Positions 19,292 through 28,604 of a stretch of 64,000 bases of DNA are shown piece by piece. The DNA is from an uncultured Oleiphilus sp. (lineage in GTDB: Bacteria > Pseudomonadota > Gammaproteobacteria > Pseudomonadales > Halomonadaceae). A model generated the notes under the pieces. That model saw only the letters and a list, made by a program, of their open reading frames with translations, searched no databases and was not told where the DNA came from. The position numbers and the translations under genes were made by a program. The stretch spans positions 69,244 through 133,243 of the forward strand of contig CAYFGP010000003.1 in assembly GCA_964342385.1 (NCBI GenBank), read 5' to 3'. Within the stretch, counting starts at the first letter, position 1. Each line of letters begins with the position of its first letter.

Positions 19292-22200
19292 ATGAGTTAC
19301 AAAATTCTGAACGGTAATGAACTGATTATTCAGGGTGGTCTGGAAGCGGGCTTTTCACTGTACACCGGTTACCCGGGCTCTCCACTGGCGGATTACTTCA
19401 ATATTCTGCACTCCCGTAAGAGTGAACTGCAGGAGAAGGGTATTCGTGTGGCTCTGGGTAATACCGAGGCTAACGCTGCGGCGATGGCTGGTGGTGCCAA
19501 GCAGGCTGGCCGTAATGTGATGGTGGGCATGAAGTCCATGGGCCTTCATGTTGCTTCTGATGCCTTATCCGTGGGTAACTTTGCTAACCCGGGTCAGCCT
19601 TATATCGATCCTGAAACCGGTGAGTCCATTCACTCCGGTGTGGTTGTTGTCGTTGGTGATGACCCTTGGTCTATGTCTACTTCTACAGCAGCAGATTCCC
19701 GCTATCTGTTTAAACACTTGCATATGCCGTTTCTGGAGCCATCCACGCCTCAGGAACTGAAGGACTGGATTGCCCACTCTCTGGAACTGTCTCAGCGTTC
19801 CTCTCTATACGCCGGTGTACTGGTCACCACCTTTATTGCCGAAGGTGGTGGTCGTGTTCAGCTGGGCGAAGAGTCAGAAGTACCGAATACCCTGACCGAG
19901 TTTGATCCAAGCACCTTTAACCTGTCTGAATCGGTGATGGTGCCCCCAAACTCCTTTAAAGCCGACGTGCGCATGATTCGTGAGCGTTTCCCTAAGGTGA
20001 AAAAAGTCCTGAAGGAGCTGGCGCTGGACGAACAGTCTGGTAATGCCGATAGCAAGGTTGGCTTTATCTCTTCCGGTGTGGTTTATGAAACCCTGAAGCA
20101 GATTATGCAGGAAGAGCATTACCTGGATGATTTCTCCCTGTACAAGGTGGCTTGTTCTTATCCGCTGGTGGATGATCTGTTGGTGCCTTGGTTACAGAAA
20201 CTGGACACTCTGGTTGTTGTTGAAGAGAAACGCGGCTTCTTGGAAAACGAGCTGATCAGCCTGTGTCAGGAACACGGCGTTAAGGTTCGTGTTTACGGTA
20301 AGGAATTCATTGATGGTGAGCTAGTGGTTGAAGGCTTCCCGGCTGATGGCGGTATCTCTTACGAAATTCTGCGTGGCAAGATGGATACCCTGATGGGCCT
20401 GTTAGGCCTGCGCCCTTGCCAGGAAAAACAGCCTGAGCTGATTGCTCTGGATAGTGCCTTGCCAATGCGTCTACCCACTTTCTGTCCGGGTTGTCCGCAC
20501 CGTGAAACCCTGAGTTTGCTGAAAGAACTGCGTAAGGTGTTTAAAGAGGAAGAGGGTATTAACCTGATCTCCCACGGTGATGTGGGCTGTTACTCTCTGT
20601 CCTTCCTGGAACCCTTTAAAGAGATGCACGATATCTCCGCAATGGGGCAGGGTGGTGCCTTTGGTGCCGGTATGGACCTGTTCTCTCAGAACCCATCTGT
20701 GGTGCTGATGGGTGACTCCACCTTCTTCCACTCCGGTCTGAGTGCGATCTCTAATTCAGTACAGTTGGGTCATAACATCACCTATATCGTACTGGATAAC
20801 GATTTCACTGCGATGACCGGTCACCAGATGTCACCGAGTACCGGTCAATCCGTTGAGGGCCGTAAGCGCCCAGAGCAGGATATGCTCAATTTGGTACGCG
20901 GTATGGGTGTGGATGAAGCGATGGAAGTGAATCCATCGGACCGCTATTTCTATCAGAATGTTCTGAAAGATATGGTGAAGAAGTCCGGCACCAAGGTGAT
21001 CGTATCCAATAAAGAGTGTGGTTTGACCTTTGCGGCGCGTAAGAAATCACAGGATCGTAAGATCTTTGGTGCGGGTGAAACCAAACCGGTACAGACCTTC
21101 TTCCAGATCAACACCTCTGCCTGTGAAGATTGTCGTGCCTGTGTTGAGATGACTGGCTGTCCTGGTCTGTCGCAAACAGAAGACGCCTATGGTCCTAAGA
21201 CCTTTATCGATCCACAGATCTGTGTCTCTGACGGTTACTGCACGAAGATTATGGCATGTCCAAGTTTCGAGAAAGTTGAGGTGATCAACTATCACCCAAC
21301 CCGTTATCAGAATGCCGCCGATAACAGCGCTGTGGTACAGAATGATGCCGCACTGCCTGAGCCAGTACGTCAGAAGTCCTTTGATGACATTCTGGCGGGT
21401 AACGACTGGCGCGTGGTGGTAACCGGCGTGGGCGGTACCGGTGTAACCACGATTTCCCGAGTCCTGGCAGAAGCCGGTGAGCAGATGAACGGCCTGGAAG
21501 GTCTGGACTTTAAGTTTATGGACCAGAAAGGTCTGGCTCAGCGTAATGGTCGTGTGACTGGCCACCTGAGTATCTTTAGTACCGCCAAGTCTGCCAGCGC
21601 TATTACTCCAGTAGGTACCGCGGACCTAGTGCTATCGCCGGATCTGCTCGATGGTAGTGCTGCACTGCCTTTCCTCGCCCCATTTGGCGAAGCCCTGCTG
21701 GATGAAGAGTTCCAGATCCCGCTGAGTATTCTGCTGGATTACGGCGAAGACAACGAAGTACTGACCTCTGACAAGCTGCGCAAACAGCTGACCGATAAAC
21801 TGGGTGATCGTGTCTTCTTAAGCCCAATGAAAGAGGTCTCTCACCGTCAACTGGGTAAAGGCGTGTATGCCTCAGCGGTATTGTTAGGTATCGCGTATCA
21901 GAAAGGTATGCTGCCGTTTACCGAAGACAATATGAAAGATGCCTTCCGTCGTAGCGTACCGAAAGCGGAATACGACAATAACTGGAAAGCGTTTGAACTG
22001 GGTCGTCGTGTGGTTGTGATGGGCATTGAAGCTTTCCGTAACCAGTTCCTGCCACAGCAGGAAACCAGTCAGTTCAACCTGTTCCGTGACAGTGTACGTG
22101 ACTCCGCGGGTATGAAAGAGAGCGCTGATGAATTGGCGCATATCTTTGATAACGGTCTGGCCAAGTTGAAAGGTTTGTTCCCAGCGATTGAAGAGGAACA

Positions 22201-22804
22201 TCTGGCCAATTACGTGCATGATCTGGTGGTTTTCGACCGCAACAAGGCGCTGGATGCCTTTATGGCAGATGCTGAGAAACTGGCTCAACTGTACCCAGCC
22301 GGTGACAATCAGCGTATCGCCCTGCGTGTACTGGTGAAAACACACTGGATTAAAGATGAAGTCTTTGTTGCGCACCTGATGGTATCGCCGCTGAAGAAAG
22401 CCCGTGATGAACAGGCTTACAAGCATCTGGGTAGTGACTTCCGCATCGTTCATATCAACCGTCCGGAATTTGAACTGATGGATCGTCGCTTTGCCTTCGA
22501 ATTCTCGCCAAAAGAGTGGATGTTGAAAACCATGCGTCATCAGCGCTGGTTCCGTAACTCTCAGGCGAAGGTCCATGAAAAAGAGCATCAGATTGCTCAA
22601 CGTATCCGTCACGAACTGCTGGAAACCGTGCCTAACGAAACGGATGATCAGCGTAAGGCGCTGATGCGTTTGGATAACATTAAAGGTTATCGCCAAGTGC
22701 GGTATGAGAAAGCAGAAAAGGTGTTCCCAGATCTGCCTTCATCGCCATCGAAAGGTGGCAAGAATCTCCAACAGATTCCTGTAGTACAGACCCATCAGCC
22801 GTAA
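19292..22804 (+). CDS. ior: Fused indolepyruvate:ferredoxin oxidoreductase (IorA+IorB-like), TPP and 4Fe-4S
   Basis: NGNE...GGLEAG..YTGYPGSP; FCPGCPHR; HGDVGC; GDSTFFHSG TPP motif; ferredoxin CEDCRAC..TGCP...CVSDGYC..CP; beta-subunit VTGVGGTGV and KGLAQRNG. Confidence 0.88.
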   Translation: MSYKILNGNELIIQGGLEAGFSLYTGYPGSPLADYFNILHSRKSELQEKGIRVALGNTEANAAAMAGGAKQAGRNVMVGMKSMGLHVASDALSVGNFANPGQPYIDPETGESIHSGVVVVVGDDPWSMSTSTAADSRYLFKHLHMPFLEPSTPQELKDWIAHSLELSQRSSLYAGVLVTTFIAEGGGRVQLGEESEVPNTLTEFDPSTFNLSESVMVPPNSFKADVRMIRERFPKVKKVLKELALDEQSGNADSKVGFISSGVVYETLKQIMQEEHYLDDFSLYKVACSYPLVDDLLVPWLQKLDTLVVVEEKRGFLENELISLCQEHGVKVRVYGKEFIDGELVVEGFPADGGISYEILRGKMDTLMGLLGLRPCQEKQPELIALDSALPMRLPTFCPGCPHRETLSLLKELRKVFKEEEGINLISHGDVGCYSLSFLEPFKEMHDISAMGQGGAFGAGMDLFSQNPSVVLMGDSTFFHSGLSAISNSVQLGHNITYIVLDNDFTAMTGHQMSPSTGQSVEGRKRPEQDMLNLVRGMGVDEAMEVNPSDRYFYQNVLKDMVKKSGTKVIVSNKECGLTFAARKKSQDRKIFGAGETKPVQTFFQINTSACEDCRACVEMTGCPGLSQTEDAYGPKTFIDPQICVSDGYCTKIMACPSFEKVEVINYHPTRYQNAADNSAVVQNDAALPEPVRQKSFDDILAGNDWRVVVTGVGGTGVTTISRVLAEAGEQMNGLEGLDFKFMDQKGLAQRNGRVTGHLSIFSTAKSASAITPVGTADLVLSPDLLDGSAALPFLAPFGEALLDEEFQIPLSILLDYGEDNEVLTSDKLRKQLTDKLGDRVFLSPMKEVSHRQLGKGVYASAVLLGIAYQKGMLPFTEDNMKDAFRRSVPKAEYDNNWKAFELGRRVVVMGIEAFRNQFLPQQETSQFNLFRDSVRDSAGMKESADELAHIFDNGLAKLKGLFPAIEEEHLANYVHDLVVFDRNKALDAFMADAEKLAQLYPAGDNQRIALRVLVKTHWIKDEVFVAHLMVSPLKKARDEQAYKHLGSDFRIVHINRPEFELMDRRFAFEFSPKEWMLKTMRHQRWFRNSQAKVHEKEHQIAQRIRHELLETVPNETDDQRKALMRLDNIKGYRQVRYEKAEKVFPDLPSSPSKGGKNLQQIPVVQTHQP

Positions 22805-22820
22805 GGTCGATAGAGCTGTC

Positions 22821-22854
22821 GCCAAATCAGGTCCTCTCCAATACCTGATTTGGC
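22821..22854. terminator. Stem-loop just downstream of ior
   Basis: GCCAAATCAGGT-N10-ACCTGATTTGGC, a perfect 12-bp stem. Confidence 0.5.
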
Positions 22855-23007
22855 CAGGAATCTAGAGATACTCTGAGTCGTGCTTATTTAGATATGCCTT
22901 TCTGGATAAGCATGATGGGTTATCTGGCTGAGTTAGGGTTTTGCCAGGTGACTGTTTCAGAGGCTTTTGGCCCTTGCAAAAGGGCAATCGTTGTTACATT
23001 TGGTCTT

Positions 23008-23089
23008 GTCCAGTTTTTACTGGTTTTTACCTCGATCCCGCAAGGGAGAGAGCTCTGCACTTTCCCCGCCGATTTGGCGGGTTTTTTTT
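23008..23089 (+). ncRNA. Candidate ~80-nt small RNA ending in an intrinsic terminator
   Basis: Extended -10-like TGtTACATT at 22992-23000; hairpins CCAGT-TTTT-ACTGG and CTC(GA)TCCC-GCAA-GGGAGAG (GNRA loop); terminator CCCGCC-gattt-GGCGGG-T8 at 23065-23089. No family assigned. Confidence 0.4.
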
Positions 23090-23279
23090 GTTCTGAGACA
23101 GAGGCTTTATGATTAGCAAAATCAAAGGATTGCGACATATAAGATCGTGTATTTATCGCAAGCCATTTTTTAACTGACCTCTACTCAATCTTTTCTTCCC
23201 TTCACCACTATAAATTCCTTGCTGAGCTAAATAACAGCTTGATATTCTTGAAGCTTTTAGACGATCAGGCTACAGCAGA

Positions 23280-24998
23280 ATGAAGCAGACCGAGCAGGAA
23301 TTTCTCAATCAACTGGATAACAAACTCTGGACCGCCGCCGATAAGCTGCGCTCAACATTGGATGCTGCCCAGTATAAACACGCTGTATTAGGTTTGATCT
23401 TTGTTAAGTATGTGTCAGATGCTTTTTCCCTACGTCAGGATGAGATCAAAGCCGATCTGCTTAATCCTGAACATGAGTATTACCTTGATCCAGAGGATTA
23501 CTCAGAGGAGGAACTGGCGGAAGAGATGGCCATCGAGCTGGAGCAGCGCGACTTCTACACCGAGAAGAACGTGTTCTGGTTACCGCCTGAATCCCGTTGG
23601 TCGTTTCTGCAAGACAAGGCTCCTACCGTGATCGGGGGCAGAGAGTTAGAGGTTACCGACGCTAACGGCAAGACGACTCAAAAGAAGATCACCTCTGTCG
23701 GCCACCTGATTGATAACGCCCTGGAAGGTATCGAGCGGGATAATGCCAAGTTAAAAGGCGTATTAAACAAACACTATGCTCAATTAAAAATTGATCAGTC
23801 AAAACTGAATGAACTGATCAACCTGATCGCGACCATTCCGTTTAACCACGAGTCTTTAAACAGTAAAGATATTCTGGGCCACGTCTACGAGTATATGTTG
23901 GGCCAGTTTGCCCTGGCAGAGGGTAAAAAGGGTGGTCAGTTCTATACACCAGCCTCAATCGTAACCCTGATTGTAGAGATGATAGAACCCTTTGAAGGCC
24001 GGGTATACGATCCTGCTATGGGTTCCGGTGGCTTCTTTGTGCAATCTGAGAAGTTTATCGAGCGTTACGCCAACGAAAAGAAATTCGACCCGATTAGCCA
24101 AAAGCGCAAAATCTCTATTTATGGTCAGGAATATAACCACACCACATGGCAACTCGCCGCCATGAATATGGCGATTCGTGGTCTAGATTATGACTTTGGC
24201 AAAGAACCTGCCAGCACCTACACCAGCGACCAGCACCCGGATCTGCGCGCTGACTTTATTATGGCCAACCCACCTTTCAATATGAAAGAGTGGAACAGCG
24301 GTGTCGATGAAAACGACCCGCGCTGGAAATACGGCACACCACCAGCCGGTAACGCCAACTTTGCCTGGTTGCAGCATATGCTGCACCACCTGGCACCGGA
24401 TGGCTCTCAAGCCCTGTTACTCGCTAACGGCTCTATGAGCTCCAGCACCAATAACGAAGGCACGATCCGTCAGGCTCTGATCGACAATGATCTGGTGGAA
24501 TGTATGGTCGCCCTGCCAGGGCAACTGTTTACCAACACCCAGATTCCCGCCTGTATCTGGTTCTTAACCAAGAACAAAAAACAGCGAACCGACCGAGCGG
24601 GCCGCAAACTGCGTAACCGCCAGAAAGAAGTGCTCTTTATCGATGCCCGTAACCTCGGCTATATGAAAGACCGGGTTCTCAGAGACTTTAAATGGGAAGA
24701 GATCGAACAGGTCGCCAGCCTATATCACGCCTGGAAAACCGGAGAAACTGTTCATGGCGTAAGCTACGAAGACCAGCCAGGATTCTGTAAATCCGCCACC
24801 CTGGAAGATATTGTCAAACACGATTACGTCCTTACCCCTGGTCGCTATGTCGGTGCCGCAGAAGAAGAGGATGATGGCATTCCATTTAAAGAAAAGATGG
24901 AGACCCTAACCGCCAAACTAAGCGAACAGTTTGCTGAATCCGCCAAGCTCGAAGCAGAGATTAAAAAGAATCTAGAGGGGTTAGGTTATGACATCTAA
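23280..24998 (+). CDS. hsdM: Type I restriction-modification methyltransferase subunit
   Basis: LWTAADKLRS N-terminus; EGKKGGQFYTP; motif I VYDPAMGSGG; motif IV MANPPFN (m6A); LTPGRYVG. Confidence 0.96.
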   Translation: MKQTEQEFLNQLDNKLWTAADKLRSTLDAAQYKHAVLGLIFVKYVSDAFSLRQDEIKADLLNPEHEYYLDPEDYSEEELAEEMAIELEQRDFYTEKNVFWLPPESRWSFLQDKAPTVIGGRELEVTDANGKTTQKKITSVGHLIDNALEGIERDNAKLKGVLNKHYAQLKIDQSKLNELINLIATIPFNHESLNSKDILGHVYEYMLGQFALAEGKKGGQFYTPASIVTLIVEMIEPFEGRVYDPAMGSGGFFVQSEKFIERYANEKKFDPISQKRKISIYGQEYNHTTWQLAAMNMAIRGLDYDFGKEPASTYTSDQHPDLRADFIMANPPFNMKEWNSGVDENDPRWKYGTPPAGNANFAWLQHMLHHLAPDGSQALLLANGSMSSSTNNEGTIRQALIDNDLVECMVALPGQLFTNTQIPACIWFLTKNKKQRTDRAGRKLRNRQKEVLFIDARNLGYMKDRVLRDFKWEEIEQVASLYHAWKTGETVHGVSYEDQPGFCKSATLEDIVKHDYVLTPGRYVGAAEEEDDGIPFKEKMETLTAKLSEQFAESAKLEAEIKKNLEGLGYDI

Positions 24999-26331
24999 TT
25001 GGCAAACTTATACCCTTGGTGACGTATGTGAAAAGATTACTGACGGTGCTCATCAAAGCCCTAAGTCTGTAGACGATGGTAAGCCAATGGCTTCTGTTAA
25101 GGATTTAAGCTACTTTGGGGTAGATTTATCGGGTGCACGAAAAATATCTCAAGAGGATTTTGACTCTCTCGTAAGGCAAGGCTGCAAGCCTGAAATTGGT
25201 GATGTCCTAATTGCTAAGGATGGTAATACCGCTTTAGATACAGTTTGCACTGTGGATAAAGAATTAGATGCAGTTCTTCTATCTTCTGTTGCAATATTAA
25301 GGCCTAATTCAGAAAAGGTTGATTCCGAGTTCTTGAAATATTATTTGTCTTCACCACGGACAATTGATTATCTGAAGTCAAATTTTATATCTGGTGCAGC
25401 TATTCCTAGGGTCGTGTTGCGTGATTTTAGAAAAGCGCTTATTACACTACCACCCGTTAGCTTACAGTTGAGAATTTCAAACATTCTTCGCTCTATAGAT
25501 AAAAAGATTCTGAATAATATTGAATCAAACCAAACCTTAGAAGAAATGGCTCAAGCCCTCTTCAAATCTTGGTTTGTAGATTTTGACCCAGTTAAAGCCA
25601 AAATGAGTAGTGAACAGCCGGTAGGTATGGGTCAGGAAACAGCGGAGCTTTTCCCTAATAGACTTGTGAGTTCTGAGTTAGGAATGATTCCTGATGGATG
25701 GGATGTTGGTACGATTGATTCATATACGACGCTGATTATTGATCACCGTGGCAAAACACCAAAGAAACTTGGCAGTGACTGGGTTGAAAGTGGTTACCCT
25801 GCAATATCTGCAAAAAATATCAAATCAAAGAAAATTGTCAGAGAAGATACTATCCGCTTTATTAATGAAGCAACTTATAGAAAATGGATGAAGGAGCCAT
25901 TGGTCAAGGGGGATATTATTATGACTTCCGAAGCACCAATGGGGGAGCTTTATTTCTATGATGGAGTTTCACCGTTTTGTCTAAGCCAAAGGCTATATGG
26001 ATTACGTGCAAACCCACAGCTTACTTCACCTGAGTTTCTATATTTCTGGTTGCAAACAGTTAAAGCTCAATCAGATATGGAAGGTCGAGCTTCAGGTACA
26101 ACAGCACTAGGTATTAAACAAGCTGAATTAAGAAAAGTTAAAGTACTTAGCCCTCCAATTTGGTTAGTGAGAAAATTTAGCCAGTTTGTTGGAGGCTTAG
26201 TCGAACTGTCGGCTGAAAATAATAGATCAAATGAGTCGTTGATAAACTTGCGTGATACTCTTCTACCTAAACTCCTATCTGGTGAGATTCAGCTATCTGA
26301 AACTGAAAGCCTGACTGGGGCGGTAGTGTGA
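24988..26331 (+). CDS. hsdS: Type I RM specificity subunit
   Basis: Two variable TRDs separated by conserved NQTLEEMAQALFKSWFVDFDP and a terminal LRDTLLPKLLSGE; overlaps the hsdM stop by 11 nt; AT-richer than hsdM. Confidence 0.95.
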   Translation: MTSNWQTYTLGDVCEKITDGAHQSPKSVDDGKPMASVKDLSYFGVDLSGARKISQEDFDSLVRQGCKPEIGDVLIAKDGNTALDTVCTVDKELDAVLLSSVAILRPNSEKVDSEFLKYYLSSPRTIDYLKSNFISGAAIPRVVLRDFRKALITLPPVSLQLRISNILRSIDKKILNNIESNQTLEEMAQALFKSWFVDFDPVKAKMSSEQPVGMGQETAELFPNRLVSSELGMIPDGWDVGTIDSYTTLIIDHRGKTPKKLGSDWVESGYPAISAKNIKSKKIVREDTIRFINEATYRKWMKEPLVKGDIIMTSEAPMGELYFYDGVSPFCLSQRLYGLRANPQLTSPEFLYFWLQTVKAQSDMEGRASGTTALGIKQAELRKVKVLSPPIWLVRKFSQFVGGLVELSAENNRSNESLINLRDTLLPKLLSGEIQLSETESLTGAVV

Positions 26332-26410
26332 TGTGGTTGGCTCTTGCTCTAAGTAGTTTAGAGTCATTCTCAGCATATATCGTATCTTAAAAAATAGATT
26401 AGGTATTCTG

Positions 26411-27430
26411 ATGATTACTGATTTTGAGTTAAAGAACTTTGGCCCTATTAATCAGATATCAGGTCATTCTCTGAGCTCAATCAATCTGATTATTGGAGAT
26501 AATGGGGCAGGAAAAACCTTTCTGCTTAAAGCTTTATATAGTGCACTAAAAAGTCATGAGAGTACTGATCAAAGTGATGGGCAGCGAGGTTTTTCAAAGG
26601 TTTTATCTAATAAACTATCTCGCACTTTTCAAACAGAGAAAGTTGGAGATCTTGTTTCAAAAGGGAAAGGAAAGAGGCTACAGCTAACTTTAAACACCAA
26701 AGATAATCAATATTTAGTGTTTTCTTTTGGGGCGGAAACTAAAAGTAAGATTACTCAGTTGCAGAATCATCTAGAGTCGAGAGGTGCAAGTACAGTATTT
26801 TTGCCTTCTCAAGAAGTGTTATCTCCGACTCCTGTTATTTTGGATTCCCAATTACGGGATAATGCATTTGCTTTTGATGACACCTGCTTGGATCTAGCCT
26901 TAGCATTACAAAAGCAATCCCAGCCATCGGCCGACAGCGATACTTTATCTCTAGCAAGCCGACAATTAGGCGCAATGCTGGGTGGCAAGATTGAGTTTGA
27001 TACCGTTAAACGATGTTGGGTCTATAAAAAGAGAAATAGTCGATATCCAATATCTGCAGTCGCCGATGGCTTTAAGAAGATTGCAACTTTTGATATCTTG
27101 TTAAGAAATCGCTTTATCAATGAAGGCTCTATAGTATTTGTTGATACACCTGAATCGGCTTTGCACCCTACAAACGTTGTCGAACTCTTAGACGTAATCA
27201 GCTTGTTAGCTCAATCTGGTGTTCAGTTCTTTATCGCTAGTCATTCCTATTTCGTGATTAAAAAACTGTTGTTGGTAGCCAATAATGAGAAAATGCAAAT
27301 ACCTGTGTTTGTTGCAGACAATGCAGGTGACTGGAGACAAAGCTGTTTATTAGAAGATGGCTTGCCTGAGAACGAGATTATTAATAAGTCAATACGCTTA
27401 TTTGAGCAAGAGTTTACAGGAAGCTTCTGA
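26411..27430 (+). CDS. ABC/AAA_21-like ATPase with non-canonical Walker B
   Basis: Walker A GDNGAGKT, signature-like ADGFKK, Walker B FVDTPESALHP (usually DEPE), H-loop ASHS. Confidence 0.82.
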   Translation: MITDFELKNFGPINQISGHSLSSINLIIGDNGAGKTFLLKALYSALKSHESTDQSDGQRGFSKVLSNKLSRTFQTEKVGDLVSKGKGKRLQLTLNTKDNQYLVFSFGAETKSKITQLQNHLESRGASTVFLPSQEVLSPTPVILDSQLRDNAFAFDDTCLDLALALQKQSQPSADSDTLSLASRQLGAMLGGKIEFDTVKRCWVYKKRNSRYPISAVADGFKKIATFDILLRNRFINEGSIVFVDTPESALHPTNVVELLDVISLLAQSGVQFFIASHSYFVIKKLLLVANNEKMQIPVFVADNAGDWRQSCLLEDGLPENEIINKSIRLFEQEFTGSF

Positions 27431-27490
27431 TGGTTTTACTGAATAAATCAGGCATTTCATTTAAAAAGCTTTGGCTGGAGGGGTAAAGCT

Positions 27491-28564
27491 ATGAAGCCCC
27501 CTTTTACTATTACCAGTGAAATACTGACTCTGGTTGCCAATATCAGCGAGCTGGTGGGGCGCTTAACTGAGCAGTTGGCTTCTCAGCATGATGTTCGTTT
27601 ACGTCGGGTAAACCGGGTGCGAACGATTCAGGGCTCTTTGGCAATTGAAGGTAACACCTTAAGCGAAGAACAGATTACGGCTATTTTGGCGGGTAAAAGG
27701 GTGATCGCTCCACCTCGTGAAGTACAGGAAGCCCAGAATGCGATTAAGGTTTATGATCAGTTCTCTTTCCTGCAATTTGGTAGTGAGCAGGATCTGTTAA
27801 AAGCCCATAAAACCCTGATGCTTGGCTTAATTGATACTGCAGGCGCATATCGTTCAGGTGGTGTGGGGGTTATGAAAGGTGATCAGGTGATTCATATGGC
27901 ACCGCCTGCGAATCGTGTTCCTGTTTTGATGGGCGATTTAATGCGCTGGTTGAAACAAAGCCAGGATCACCCGCTGATCAAAAGCTGTGTTTTTCATTAT
28001 GAGTTTGAATTTATCCATCCGTTTGCTGATGGCAATGGTCGTATGGGGCGTTTGTGGCAAAGTCTGATATTGGCTGAGTGGCAGCCGTTATTTGCTAACT
28101 TGCCCGTTGAGAGTTTGATCCACCAGTATCAGGATGAGTACTATGCTGCGATTAATCGAAGTACTCAGATTACAGACTCTGCACCTTTTATCGAATTTAT
28201 GCTCAAGATGATTCTTGATGTATTAGAAGAGGGGGCTGAGAGTGCGGGAGAGCAGCAGACCCGCCAAGTCAGCCCTCAAGAAACCCACCAAGTTAGCCCT
28301 CAAGTTATCCGTGCTGATATAGGCTTAAAATATGCTGATATTTCACCTCAGGTGCAGCTGTTATTGCAGTCTGTAAAAGGAGAAATGTTACGAGGGGAGT
28401 TGCAACAAAAACTGGGTCTAAAAGATCGGGCTTCTTTCCGAACTCGTTATTTAAAGCCTGCTATTGAAGGTGGTTGGCTAGAGATGACACAACCCGATAA
28501 ACCAACAAGTCGTACCCAGCGTTATCGTTTAACGGCAAAAGCCAAGAGCTATCTACAGCCTTAA
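27491..28564 (+). CDS. Fic family protein with C-terminal winged-helix domain
   Basis: Canonical HPFADGNGRMGR motif; QVSPQ-repeat linker; C-terminal LKPAIEGGWLEMTQPDKPTSRTQRYRLT. Confidence 0.92.
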   Translation: MKPPFTITSEILTLVANISELVGRLTEQLASQHDVRLRRVNRVRTIQGSLAIEGNTLSEEQITAILAGKRVIAPPREVQEAQNAIKVYDQFSFLQFGSEQDLLKAHKTLMLGLIDTAGAYRSGGVGVMKGDQVIHMAPPANRVPVLMGDLMRWLKQSQDHPLIKSCVFHYEFEFIHPFADGNGRMGRLWQSLILAEWQPLFANLPVESLIHQYQDEYYAAINRSTQITDSAPFIEFMLKMILDVLEEGAESAGEQQTRQVSPQETHQVSPQVIRADIGLKYADISPQVQLLLQSVKGEMLRGELQQKLGLKDRASFRTRYLKPAIEGGWLEMTQPDKPTSRTQRYRLTAKAKSYLQP

Positions 28565-28604
28565 TAATTGAATATTAATCGGTGTAGAACATATAGAGAT
28601 ATGG

